A stretch of 64,000 bases of DNA from IMG/VR virus record IMGVR_UViG_3300031555_002574. The stretch is one strand, 5' to 3'. Below the pieces are notes generated by a model. That model saw only the letters and a list, made by a program, of their open reading frames with translations, did not search any database and was not told the DNA's origin. Source of the DNA: an uncultured virus (IMG/VR IMGVR_UViG_3300031555_002574). Taxonomy: Duplodnaviria > Heunggongvirae > Uroviricota > Caudoviricetes. Positions 1 to 9,240 of this stretch are shown here, in pieces. Positions within the stretch are counted from its first letter, which is position 1; each line of letters starts with the position of its first letter. The position numbers were made by a program, and so were the translations under genes.

Positions 1-595
1 TTATATTCCATGCTTTATATTTTTCAGCATTTTTAAATTGATCTATAACATCTCTTAATTTATCTTTTACTTCATGCATACCTACAACATCATCAAATGT
101 TAAACTTGTTCTCTTAGTTTCTTCTTTCTTTTCTTCTTTAGATGATTTTCTAGAACCTAAGAACATATCTAAATCAGGTTGATTAAACATCATACCTGGA
201 ACATCTCCTTTCATACCCATCATAGGCATTGATGGGAATAATTTATGCATATCTACTACTTCAGGTTTATTAAGTTTGGTATGGTTTAATTTAGGAGATA
301 CTGTATCTTCTAAATATTCTAGATAGAACATAAATGGATGAGTTTCTAACATAGCCATAGAAACTCTAACTAATTCTAAATCTTTTTCCACATCCCCTGC
401 TATAAATACATCATTTAAAGCTGAAAGAATTTTATCTAAACTATGTGCAGTTGTATTATGAGCTTTTTCAAATTTTTCATATGCTGGTGTAAATGCTGCT
501 AAACATCCAATTCCTTCTACACAAACAACATTAACTAATTTTGTTTCAGCATCACTATACAGATTAAAAGATAATCTATTTTTATTATTACTCAT
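1..595 (-). CDS. AAA+ ATPase (FtsH/CDC48-like AAA domain), truncated by window start
   Basis: Manual translation from ATG at 595 (GGAGG RBS upstream) gives MSNNKNRLSF...TSLTFDDVVGMHEVKDKLRDVIDQFKNAEKYKAWNI, the typical pre-Walker A segment of classical AAA ATPases. The ORF is open to the window edge. Confidence 0.7.
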   Translation of the reverse strand, partial: MSNNKNRLSFNLYSDAETKLVNVVCVEGIGCLAAFTPAYEKFEKAHNTTAHSLDKILSALNDVFIAGDVEKDLELVRVSMAMLETHPFMFYLEYLEDTVSPKLNHTKLNKPEVVDMHKLFPSMPMMGMKGDVPGMMFNQPDLDMFLGSRKSSKEEKKEETKRTSLTFDDVVGMHEVKDKLRDVIDQFKNAEKYKAWNI

Positions 596-662
596 ATAAC
601 TACCTCCATTAAATAAATATTTTTTTTATTTTTCTGTTACTATTTTGTTATACTAATTATTA

Positions 663-1094
663 TTATTCAATTATTATTTTAACATCTAAACTTTTACATA
701 TATCTTCATACGTGTCAAATAATATTACATTTGTAACACGTAATAAATTTATCACATCGTCTATATTATTATATTTGTCTGTCTCTTTATATAATTCTAT
801 TTCGTTTATTATTTTATATAAAGATGTATGCAATGTATGCATATCAAATTGTAGCACGTCTATAAATGTAGTTGAATGTTTTGTTTCTATTCGCAACATA
901 GCGTTTTTATGATGATGTTTAAATAATAATATAAACTCCTCTAAAGTTAAGTTGTCAAGATTACCTTCTTTCTTAATACGCTTAGATAGTCTTATGAGAT
1001 ACATTCTATCCGCTAATGTGAAACTTGTAAATTTATTAGATTTCTTATTGTTTACTATAACCCTCTTACATTGGATTAAATGTTCATGATTCAT
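663..1094 (-). CDS. hypothetical protein
   Basis: 143 aa ORF with GGAGG RBS; no recognised motif. Confidence 0.6.
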   Translation of the reverse strand: MNHEHLIQCKRVIVNNKKSNKFTSFTLADRMYLIRLSKRIKKEGNLDNLTLEEFILLFKHHHKNAMLRIETKHSTTFIDVLQFDMHTLHTSLYKIINEIELYKETDKYNNIDDVINLLRVTNVILFDTYEDICKSLDVKIIIE

Positions 1095-1147
1095 ATTATT
1101 CCCTCCTGAATATTATAAAAGATTAAATGATAAGAGGATTCCTCTTA

Positions 1148-2809
1148 TCATTCTTTTCTAGTTACTATTGAACAGCCTGTTGTTGTATTATATATATTAT
1201 TTATAACATTATAATATTCATCATATGTCTCTATACCAAATTTTTCTATATAATCATACTCATTCTTAACAGCTTCTTCTATAATTTGCATTAGCTCAAA
1301 TTGTTTTGTTTCAGGTTCTTTCTTATCTGATATATTTAATCCAAATGTTTCTATAAATGGAGTTAATATACCTGTTGATCCTGGATCTGAGTTACCAACA
1401 ACGTTTAGGTCTATACGTCCTACGAATGATGGATCTATACCCCTTTGACATGTTGCTATAGTTTTACCTGAACTTCCCCCTTGACTATTCGGTCCTTTAA
1501 TTGAATACTTTAACTTACTCCAGAAGTCCATATCGTTAACAACGTCGTCAAACTTAAATAATCCAGAGTTATATAAGTTATTGATTAATATATCTCCTCT
1601 AAATGAGAATAATTCTTCTAACGTATTTAAGTTTCTTGATTGAGGTTTTCTTACTTTACTCATTATTCTATATAATGTATTACTTAATTCTCTTGTCATT
1701 AATGCTGCTATATATTCATTATCTCTTAATCTCTTATTAGTTATATCCATTATTCTTTTACTCTTAAGTTCGTTATAATTCATAAACATCCATCTTAATG
1801 CACTATACATACTATCTTTATGGTCTGCTGCAATATTTAATGTTCTTCTAGTTGTCATATCCATCATACGGTCTACAGACAATAGAAGATTTCTTGCTTT
1901 AGCTCTTTTAAAGTTAGGTTGCTGTATATTAGGTTGATGACCTAATTTCTCTAACCAGAAATTTTTATCTTGCATATCTTTAACAGTTGCTCTATTGTTA
2001 ACTGATTCTAATATCATACCTGCAACTGATTTTACTTCTGTAGATTCTTCAAAAGCAAATCTGTTTACTTTAATAAATGCTTCTTGACTTATTTTAAAAT
2101 AAACATATTTATCTAAATCATCATCTAATGAATTTGTAAGTTCAATTACTTTTTCCATACTAAGGTATCTTAATCCCTCTTTAAATCCCATCTTAGCGAA
2201 GAATAATAACATCATATTAATCTCATTCTTAAATATTGCTGTAGAATATATTGGAATTGTAAAAGGATTTCTGTCAACATCATGAATCACTTTTGATTTT
2301 CTTTTTAATACTATAGGCATTATTGATTTAAGAACAACACTATTTGATGTACTATATGTCGTAGAATCAACTAACTGATACATAAGAATATATCTTTTTC
2401 CTTTTAACATATAATATCCATCATCATCTTTTATTGGAATCAATATGTTTTTGGAATATTTCTTACTCATCATTTTAGTTGTTCCATCTTCCTGTTTAAC
2501 ATCAATTGACAATTCATAATGAATTGTCAATTCACCACATCTTGATTCTGACATAAACATTACTTCTACAGGATCATCTTGAACTTTCTTACCTCCCTGC
2601 ATTCTGTTTCTTTGATAATCATTTAGTTTAATTTCATTAGGATTTTCTTTATATTCATAACCTATTATCTTAACTGAATCAAATACTTCTAATGATTTGA
2701 TAGTTTCATATACGTACATATATAAAGGTTTATCTAATTCCCTATTAATTAATGGTAAATTTAATTTGTCGTCAAATGTACGACAATAATCTGATAACAT
2801 TTTATACAT
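1148..2809 (-). CDS. phage multisubunit RNA polymerase beta subunit, N-terminal half (probably non-virion RNAP)
   Basis: Motifs IPIKDDDGYYMLKGKRYILMYQL and RGIDPSFVGRIDL...SDPGSTG resemble RpoB conserved regions; split beta is characteristic of phiKZ/AR9-like phages. Confidence 0.85.
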   Translation of the reverse strand: MYKMLSDYCRTFDDKLNLPLINRELDKPLYMYVYETIKSLEVFDSVKIIGYEYKENPNEIKLNDYQRNRMQGGKKVQDDPVEVMFMSESRCGELTIHYELSIDVKQEDGTTKMMSKKYSKNILIPIKDDDGYYMLKGKRYILMYQLVDSTTYSTSNSVVLKSIMPIVLKRKSKVIHDVDRNPFTIPIYSTAIFKNEINMMLLFFAKMGFKEGLRYLSMEKVIELTNSLDDDLDKYVYFKISQEAFIKVNRFAFEESTEVKSVAGMILESVNNRATVKDMQDKNFWLEKLGHQPNIQQPNFKRAKARNLLLSVDRMMDMTTRRTLNIAADHKDSMYSALRWMFMNYNELKSKRIMDITNKRLRDNEYIAALMTRELSNTLYRIMSKVRKPQSRNLNTLEELFSFRGDILINNLYNSGLFKFDDVVNDMDFWSKLKYSIKGPNSQGGSSGKTIATCQRGIDPSFVGRIDLNVVGNSDPGSTGILTPFIETFGLNISDKKEPETKQFELMQIIEEAVKNEYDYIEKFGIETYDEYYNVINNIYNTTTGCSIVTRKE

Positions 2810-2829
2810 ATAATCAACCTCCTAATATA

Positions 2830-3036
2830 TTAATCTTCAAAATAATTATATGGTTTTCCTGTGTCATTCTCATAATCTCCATACATCAAACATGCTCCTA
2901 TACAATCCATAGCTAAACTTAAATCCAAAAGAATAGCTTCTTTGTCTTCTCCTTCTTCCATTTCCATATTAATTTCCATATATCTTTCTTCTAATATTGC
3001 TAAATCACTTAATAATTCTGATAATTTTCTTTCCAT
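2830..3036 (-). CDS. small acidic hypothetical protein
   Basis: 68 aa ORF with GGAGG RBS within the operon. Confidence 0.6.
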   Translation of the reverse strand: MERKLSELLSDLAILEERYMEINMEMEEGEDKEAILLDLSLAMDCIGACLMYGDYENDTGKPYNYFED

Positions 3037-3049
3037 AAATATCTACCTC

Positions 3050-3808
3050 CTAATTATATCTTAATGGTTTATAATTGTCTTCTTTCTCATTCTTTTCAAA
3101 TTCATTAATAGATTCATTTATTAAGTTTTCCATAGATGCATCGTTCTTAACCATTAGTTTATATTCTGGCATAACATCTGTTCCCCACATATCGTCTTCT
3201 TCTTTATAATTGAAATATAATATATCAAATAATTTATATGCATAATTCTTTTTACCTTTGTTCATTCCTAAATCATAGAATACTTCTTCTAAGAATATTT
3301 CTATAAATATAGATATTAATCTTTTATCGTTTATTATTAAACCCATATTACCGTAACAGTTATTTGTTATATCTTGTAATAAATCATACCACGTTTCATT
3401 ATACTCTCCGGATTTAACATTTAATATTCTACCGTTATATTCTTCTATAGGTACTTGATGTTTATTATATTCTTTAAAATCCATTTTACAATACTCACAA
3501 CCTCTAGGACCTATTCTAAAATCAGGTAATATATTAGTTGCTTTTTCAGTTTCATCAAAGTTTAATTCAACTAATCCAAATGTTACTATATCAAATAAGT
3601 TTATATAAGCAGACATATCTTTTCCATCTCTCAATGAGTTTAAATTACTTATTAAACTTTTAAGACATAAAGAACCTAATGCTGGAATAACATCTCTACG
3701 GATCATACATATTCCATACTCATAACTTAATCTTAAGAATGTTTTGGATGCAATACGGTCCATACTTTCCATGCATGGAACCACGTTTAAGAAATTTAAT
3801 TTACTCAT
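3050..3808 (-). CDS. hypothetical protein (apparent paralog of 4348-5052, two internal repeats)
   Basis: 252 aa ORF with RBS; shares a helix plus (L/V)F(D/E) pattern with its neighbours. Confidence 0.6.
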   Translation of the reverse strand: MSKLNFLNVVPCMESMDRIASKTFLRLSYEYGICMIRRDVIPALGSLCLKSLISNLNSLRDGKDMSAYINLFDIVTFGLVELNFDETEKATNILPDFRIGPRGCEYCKMDFKEYNKHQVPIEEYNGRILNVKSGEYNETWYDLLQDITNNCYGNMGLIINDKRLISIFIEIFLEEVFYDLGMNKGKKNYAYKLFDILYFNYKEEDDMWGTDVMPEYKLMVKNDASMENLINESINEFEKNEKEDNYKPLRYN

Positions 3809-3825
3809 AAATTCCCCTCCAAACT

Positions 3826-4302
3826 TTATTGTATTTCATATACTACATTATTATTACCATTATTTGATACTATACATATATCAAATACATTAACTACATC
3901 TTCTATAAGCTCATCTCTATAAATAAAATATCGTAAAGTTTCTGTAAATGCTAATAATGAAAATCCACATAAATCTTTTGGGTAATCAACTTTAAGTTCT
4001 TTAATTTCTTTAATATAATCATTGTCTATAAATGTTTCTTTAATATTATATCTATCAAGTTGTAATATAATCCTATCATCTATTTCATTTTTATCAACGG
4101 TTCTCCATATGATTTTTTCATCCTCATATCCTATCTCAATATCATTAATAATTAACCTTTCTTCATTTTCTTTTACAAATGGATATATTTTTTTATCTAA
4201 GAATATCTGTAATTCTTCAATCACGTCATTTAAGTTATTAACTAATATTCTTGAATTTTCATATAATTTAAATCTAAAATATTCTTTTATATCATTTATC
4301 AT
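3826..4302 (-). CDS. hypothetical protein
   Basis: 158 aa ORF with GGAGG RBS. Confidence 0.6.
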   Translation of the reverse strand: MINDIKEYFRFKLYENSRILVNNLNDVIEELQIFLDKKIYPFVKENEERLIINDIEIGYEDEKIIWRTVDKNEIDDRIILQLDRYNIKETFIDNDYIKEIKELKVDYPKDLCGFSLLAFTETLRYFIYRDELIEDVVNVFDICIVSNNGNNNVVYEIQ

Positions 4303-4347
4303 ATATCTTACCTCCTAATTTTAAAATCAAAATAAGAGAGAAATCTC

Positions 4348-5052
4348 TTATTTTGATTTGATATTATTAACTGCAAACTCATCATCTTCATCTTTTAATC
4401 TTTTAGCTTCATTTAAAATATCTTCATATACAGCTTCAATTGTTTTCTGTGTAAATTCAGATATTTCTATAGATTCAAATCTTCCTGTATCATCTAATAC
4501 TATTGTGAACTGATCAAATACTACTAATGTATCATCTGTTACTGGGTTTACTTTTATATAAGCTATCATTTCATTAAAGAATACTTCTGATATCTTAAAT
4601 ACTATTTGATAATTAGGAATCGTTAATCCATGTCTATCTTCTAAATATTCTACTGCTCTCATAGATATGCTTTCTAATAATTTTATATCTACATCTGCTA
4701 TAGAGTTCATAGCTTCTTCAACATCTTCTTCTGGTAATTCTAAATCTAATCTTCTCATAGCCATTCTACCTAAACTCATTATTGTCATTAATTCAGGTTT
4801 TTCTTCTCCTGGAATTACTTCATGAATCATTCTAAACATTTCAAATAGATTTAATTCACTTCTAACTTTATCAGCTCCTAATAATTGTAAAGACTCGTAT
4901 ATAGCTGAATCTATAAAGCAATTTACTATTGCAGGTATTACAACTTCTTGATTTATTCTAATTTTATATTCTCTTTCTAAAGTTCCTATTGTAGCTATTA
5001 CTATTTTACTTATTTCCTTTTCAGATCCTAAGAATTCTAAATTTTTAAACAT
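4348..5052 (-). CDS. hypothetical acidic protein, first gene of an early-type operon
   Basis: 234 aa ORF with GGAGG RBS; early-type promoter at 5087-5120. Confidence 0.65.
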   Translation of the reverse strand: MFKNLEFLGSEKEISKIVIATIGTLEREYKIRINQEVVIPAIVNCFIDSAIYESLQLLGADKVRSELNLFEMFRMIHEVIPGEEKPELMTIMSLGRMAMRRLDLELPEEDVEEAMNSIADVDIKLLESISMRAVEYLEDRHGLTIPNYQIVFKISEVFFNEMIAYIKVNPVTDDTLVVFDQFTIVLDDTGRFESIEISEFTQKTIEAVYEDILNEAKRLKDEDDEFAVNNIKSK

Positions 5053-5086
5053 ATAATTACCTCCTAAATTTTATTTTTATTCATAA

Positions 5087-5120
5087 TTATAATATATAAT
5101 CGAAATAACACCTTTTTACA
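5087..5120 (-). promoter_or_regulatory. early-type phage promoter (TGTAA-N20-ATATTATAA)
   Basis: Minus strand TGTAAAAAGGTGTTATTTCGATTATATATTATAA; the motif recurs upstream of about 12 operons. Confidence 0.7.
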
Positions 5121-5173
5121 GTTAGATAAAATAGACATCTATATCTCTATAGATGTCTATTAAAATTTATAAT

Positions 5174-5530
5174 TTACTTTTCAGGTTTGAAAAGTTCATA
5201 ATCATATTTTACTACTATATCATTCAATTTCATAAATCCTATAAATCTTTTATTTTTGTCTTTATAAGGTTTTACTAATGGTACATTTTTACATCTTTTC
5301 TTCATATTTCTTAATAATAACGGTGAAGATTGTGATGTTAATACCATGTCATATTTCTCTACATTATCAGGTACAGCAAAAGCTATAGGTTTATTAATTA
5401 AGTTTATTATTGTGTTTTCATAATCTTCTTTTGCTACACCCATCATTCTTTTTAATATATTCCATTGAAAATCTTTAATTTCAACTTTTCCAACTACTAA
5501 TATATTTTTTGTTATTTTTTGTCCATTCAT
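5174..5530 (-). CDS. hypothetical protein
   Basis: 118 aa ORF with RBS, AACA-N6-TA at 5556-5567 and a downstream hairpin at 5130-5161. Confidence 0.6.
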   Translation of the reverse strand: MNGQKITKNILVVGKVEIKDFQWNILKRMMGVAKEDYENTIINLINKPIAFAVPDNVEKYDMVLTSQSSPLLLRNMKKRCKNVPLVKPYKDKNKRFIGFMKLNDIVVKYDYELFKPEK

Positions 5531-5589
5531 AATATTACCTCCTAAATTTTTTATCTACATATTTGTTATACCGTAATTAAAATTTAATA

Positions 5590-6188
5590 AAGTTGATAAA
5601 TGAAGGGTATTACTCACCCTTTACATATCCTAAGGTACGAATATGTTGATTGCTAATAATGATAACCTTGATGTCAATACTAAGCAATCTCAGGTAAGTA
5701 ATACCAGTTCAACTCTATATATACTGCTCCGACAAGGGAGCTAAAAATCAATCACGGTTGGATTCACATCAAGCGAAAACCTGACTACCCTTCCGTCCAT
5801 CTAAGATCTCAATTATAGAGTCTTTATTTGTCTATCAGTAAATCATATAGCCGCTACTTCGCATCATAGATGATATTTTTCCAATATTACTTTCCTGCAA
5901 AATGCGTACTCGTAAAACGTACTCAATAACATCATGGATCTTTTCGTCAGTCATTTATATGAGAAACAGATAAAAAAATAAAAGACAAATTGAGACTGAA
6001 GAATATAGTTCGCCCCACCAATAAAAAAATAAATCTATTGACCTCTTTTCACATGCATAACCGATGCGTACTAATCCGTATAGCTGGAATTAACAGCTTA
6101 CGTCGTTCTGGTTACGGTTAAGTAATCCTCATGATACTAAGAGCCCCAATAATTTATTTATTGGGGCTAAGATTCTCCAAACATTATT
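5590..6188 (-). ncRNA. candidate large (~600 nt) structured non-coding RNA, family unassigned
   Basis: No ORF of 60 aa or more, raised GC, several local and long-range helices with G-U pairs on the minus strand, and an AACA-N6-TA promoter at 6188-6199. Confidence 0.7.
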
Positions 6189-6199
6189 ACATTATTGTT
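6188..6199 (-). promoter_or_regulatory. late-type promoter AACA-N6-TA upstream of the candidate ncRNA
   Basis: Minus strand AACA-ATAATG-TA immediately after the ligase stop codon. Confidence 0.55.
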
Positions 6200-6202
6200 G
6201 CA

Positions 6203-8296
6203 TTATTTTAAATTTAATTTAGCTTGTTCTAAATTATAAATAGTTATACCATATTTCTTAGCTTTCGTTATCTTACTAGAAGTTACATCTAAACTAGGAA
6301 CTACTAAATAATCTGTAGTTTTAGTTAATGAATCGACTACTTCATAGCCATTAGATATTAATTCAGATTCAAATTTAGGATCTCTTACTTGTGAGAAACA
6401 TACTTTACCTTTTAATTTTCCTGGTGCTACTTTTTCTTTTAATTGTATTTCATCTAATAGGAAATAAATTGTAGATAATTTACTTAATATTCCTTGTTGA
6501 ACTCTAGAAGCAGTTTTCTCTCCAAATCCTGGTAACCCCATTAAGTCTACAGCTAACATTTGATCTTTAGCTAATCTTAATACTGTTTCTAAATCCATAA
6601 CAGATAAAACTTTCTTAAACATTCTAACACCTATTGATTGAATTCCTAATGAACCTAATAGTTCATAATCAAATACAATTCTGCGTTTATTAATTCCTTC
6701 AATCATATTGTCATATGATTTCTCTCCAAATCCTGGTAATGAAATTATTTTTGATTTATGATCTGATAATTTATATAATGACTCTATACCTGTTATTATA
6801 CCTTGATCGAATAATGTTGAAACTGTTTCTATATTAAGATTTTCAATCCTCATTTTATTTATATAGTTTACAACGTTTCCTATTATTCTTGAAGGACAAT
6901 CTTCATTAACACATTTTAATAATGGATCTTCTTCTAACAATCTTCCACAATGTTTACAATGTGTTGGAACATAGAAAGGTTTACCGAATCCATTTACTTT
7001 ACATGTATGATCTATATCCATATAAGGAATTATTTCATATCTTACTATTACTTCACTTCCTGATAATAATTGATGTTGCATACTTCTAAATCTATCTATA
7101 GAACCTATTGATATGGAACTTATAGTCTTACCTAACATTATAACCGGTTCTATTTTAGCTACTGGCGTTATATTACCTCCTAATCCATATGAGAAGTCTA
7201 TATCAAGCAATATTGCTTTTGTAGCTTCTGCTGGGAATTTATATGCAACTTCATATCTATTTATCGCACCATCTCTACCTAATTTAGCTTGTAATTTCTT
7301 ATCTACTAAATGTAATACAACTCCATCTGTAACTCTACCTTCTTCTTTAGCATGTTCATTTATTGATTTGATACATTGTTGTAAATCTCTTAAATCAAAT
7401 AAATTACTAATCATATCAAATTCTTCATTAGGAATTATTTCTGGTTGTTTTCCTACATATTGAATTCTCAATGGTTCTACTGTAAGATATTCAGATAATT
7501 CTGGTTGTAATACTTTTTCATTTAATATAGACGATGTTGCAGATCTTGGTGATTTAAATTCTTTATATTCTATACATATTCTTTCGTATTCTTTTTGATT
7601 CATCAACACTTCCGTTTGAACTGCAAATTTATCTTTAAAGTTTGCAAATTGTTTAAATGAGAAATTATCTTTAAATAATGCTCCAACATCAACTGCTTGA
7701 TTCTTCTCCGTATCACCTCTCATCAACACGTGTTCAATTTCTCCATATTCATCACATTCAAATACTGCTGAACAACCATCCCATTTAGCTTGTAATCTTA
7801 TTTCAAATTCTTTTGTGTTATTTATATTTCTTCCTAATATATTTTCTATACTAGTTATCCAATCTTCTATACTTCTTCTTTTATCCCCTTCTTTATCAAC
7901 ATTGAATATAAAATGAACTTTATTTAAAGTTCCTCTTAAGTCTGGAAATCTATGTTCTCTCACAGGTTTTCCTTGACTATTTACAGAACCAACTATATCT
8001 CCTAATCCAACGTCTAGCATTATCTGATATAATTTATCGTATGTTGCATCTGATACCGGTGGAACTATATCTGTATTATTATAGATGAATTGTAATATTT
8101 CTACTAATTTTCTACATGTGAATAAATCCATATCATCCAAACTCTTTAAATCTGCACTATTAAAATAATCTATTATACCTTCAAAGTTTATTCCTTTTAA
8201 CATCTCAACTATTTCATTTATAGAGTCCTCATTCATTTTTAATAATTCTTTATGAATTATATCTAACTGATGATATATTGATATTTTCTTACTCAT
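6203..8296 (-). CDS. ligA: NAD-dependent DNA ligase
   Basis: KWDG adenylation motif, SDATYD, AYKFPA, C4 zinc finger, HhH repeats (LPGFGEK) and C-terminal BRCT. Confidence 0.95.
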   Translation of the reverse strand: MSKKISIYHQLDIIHKELLKMNEDSINEIVEMLKGINFEGIIDYFNSADLKSLDDMDLFTCRKLVEILQFIYNNTDIVPPVSDATYDKLYQIMLDVGLGDIVGSVNSQGKPVREHRFPDLRGTLNKVHFIFNVDKEGDKRRSIEDWITSIENILGRNINNTKEFEIRLQAKWDGCSAVFECDEYGEIEHVLMRGDTEKNQAVDVGALFKDNFSFKQFANFKDKFAVQTEVLMNQKEYERICIEYKEFKSPRSATSSILNEKVLQPELSEYLTVEPLRIQYVGKQPEIIPNEEFDMISNLFDLRDLQQCIKSINEHAKEEGRVTDGVVLHLVDKKLQAKLGRDGAINRYEVAYKFPAEATKAILLDIDFSYGLGGNITPVAKIEPVIMLGKTISSISIGSIDRFRSMQHQLLSGSEVIVRYEIIPYMDIDHTCKVNGFGKPFYVPTHCKHCGRLLEEDPLLKCVNEDCPSRIIGNVVNYINKMRIENLNIETVSTLFDQGIITGIESLYKLSDHKSKIISLPGFGEKSYDNMIEGINKRRIVFDYELLGSLGIQSIGVRMFKKVLSVMDLETVLRLAKDQMLAVDLMGLPGFGEKTASRVQQGILSKLSTIYFLLDEIQLKEKVAPGKLKGKVCFSQVRDPKFESELISNGYEVVDSLTKTTDYLVVPSLDVTSSKITKAKKYGITIYNLEQAKLNLK

Positions 8297-8360
8297 ATTA
8301 TTACCTCCTAAAAATTTTCATTATAAATAATTGTGTTGTAAAATATAAAAAGATAAGAGC

Positions 8361-9128
8361 TTACGCTCTTATCTGACTTAATAACATTGTATATTTTCTC
8401 ATATCTAACGTACCGTCTTCTCTTCTAGCTTGTTCCATTATAGATATACGTTTATGAGATTTAAATGAATTGTCATATTGTTTTACATTTTGGAATTTTG
8501 GTTGTTCTGTATTTATATCTTTTGGTTTTTCAGTTTCTTTAGCTTTAGCTTCAGTTTCTTTAACTTCAGGTTCTTCTACTTCTGGAATTGTTTGTGTTTC
8601 TGGTTCTTTTTCATCAATTACAAATCCAGGATCATATATTTTTATTTGTCGTGTTACATTATATTTTTCACCTTTTGTTTGTATTTCTGATATTGTTATT
8701 CCTACTGATTCTATTCCTTCTCTTGGTAATTGTGATTTAGCAAATGATAAAGCATCTTCAACTGTATCTGGTAATAATAATCTTCTAACTACATAAGGTC
8801 TTACTGATTCATTTTTAACATTCATACAAGCTACTGTCATAGTTTCTGGATTTAGGTTTAATAAATCATATTCTTTATTTCCTCTGAATGTTAATTCTAT
8901 AACTGCTGAATACTCATTGAATTTATAAACTTTCTCAATTGTTAATCCATCTATTATATCATAGTTTAATAATTTATACACTTTAACCCAATTAGCAAAT
9001 ACTTTAACATCTTCTTCTGATAAATCTTTTATAGCTTCTTTAAACTTAGCTAATTCTGTTTCCATTAAATCATCACAATCAACTATAAGTTCTTCATTTT
9101 CTTTTAAATTTAAATTATATTTTTTCAT
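8361..9128 (-). CDS. hypothetical protein with E/K/P-rich linker
   Basis: 255 aa ORF with RBS and an early-type promoter at 9171-9203. Confidence 0.65.
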   Translation of the reverse strand: MKKYNLNLKENEELIVDCDDLMETELAKFKEAIKDLSEEDVKVFANWVKVYKLLNYDIIDGLTIEKVYKFNEYSAVIELTFRGNKEYDLLNLNPETMTVACMNVKNESVRPYVVRRLLLPDTVEDALSFAKSQLPREGIESVGITISEIQTKGEKYNVTRQIKIYDPGFVIDEKEPETQTIPEVEEPEVKETEAKAKETEKPKDINTEQPKFQNVKQYDNSFKSHKRISIMEQARREDGTLDMRKYTMLLSQIRA

Positions 9129-9240
9129 ATTACTACCTCCAAATTAATATATATTTTATTTACTTCATTGTTATAATATGGTACTCAAATCCTATGAATT
9201 ACACATATGGGAACATAGAAAATGAGATATAGAGTTTTCT

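Noticed and set aside
5775..5900. RNase P-like (AGGAAAGU) and group I intron-like (GACU...UAGUC) words in the large ncRNA
   Set aside because: The partner elements and helix order do not fit the canonical cores by eye, and no interrupted gene flanks the region; left for a covariance-model search
5990..6020. GTTCGCCCCACCA resembling a tRNA/tmRNA 3' end on the plus strand
   Set aside because: No T-arm geometry or matching acceptor 5' strand could be built, and the G-U pattern indicates the minus strand is the RNA
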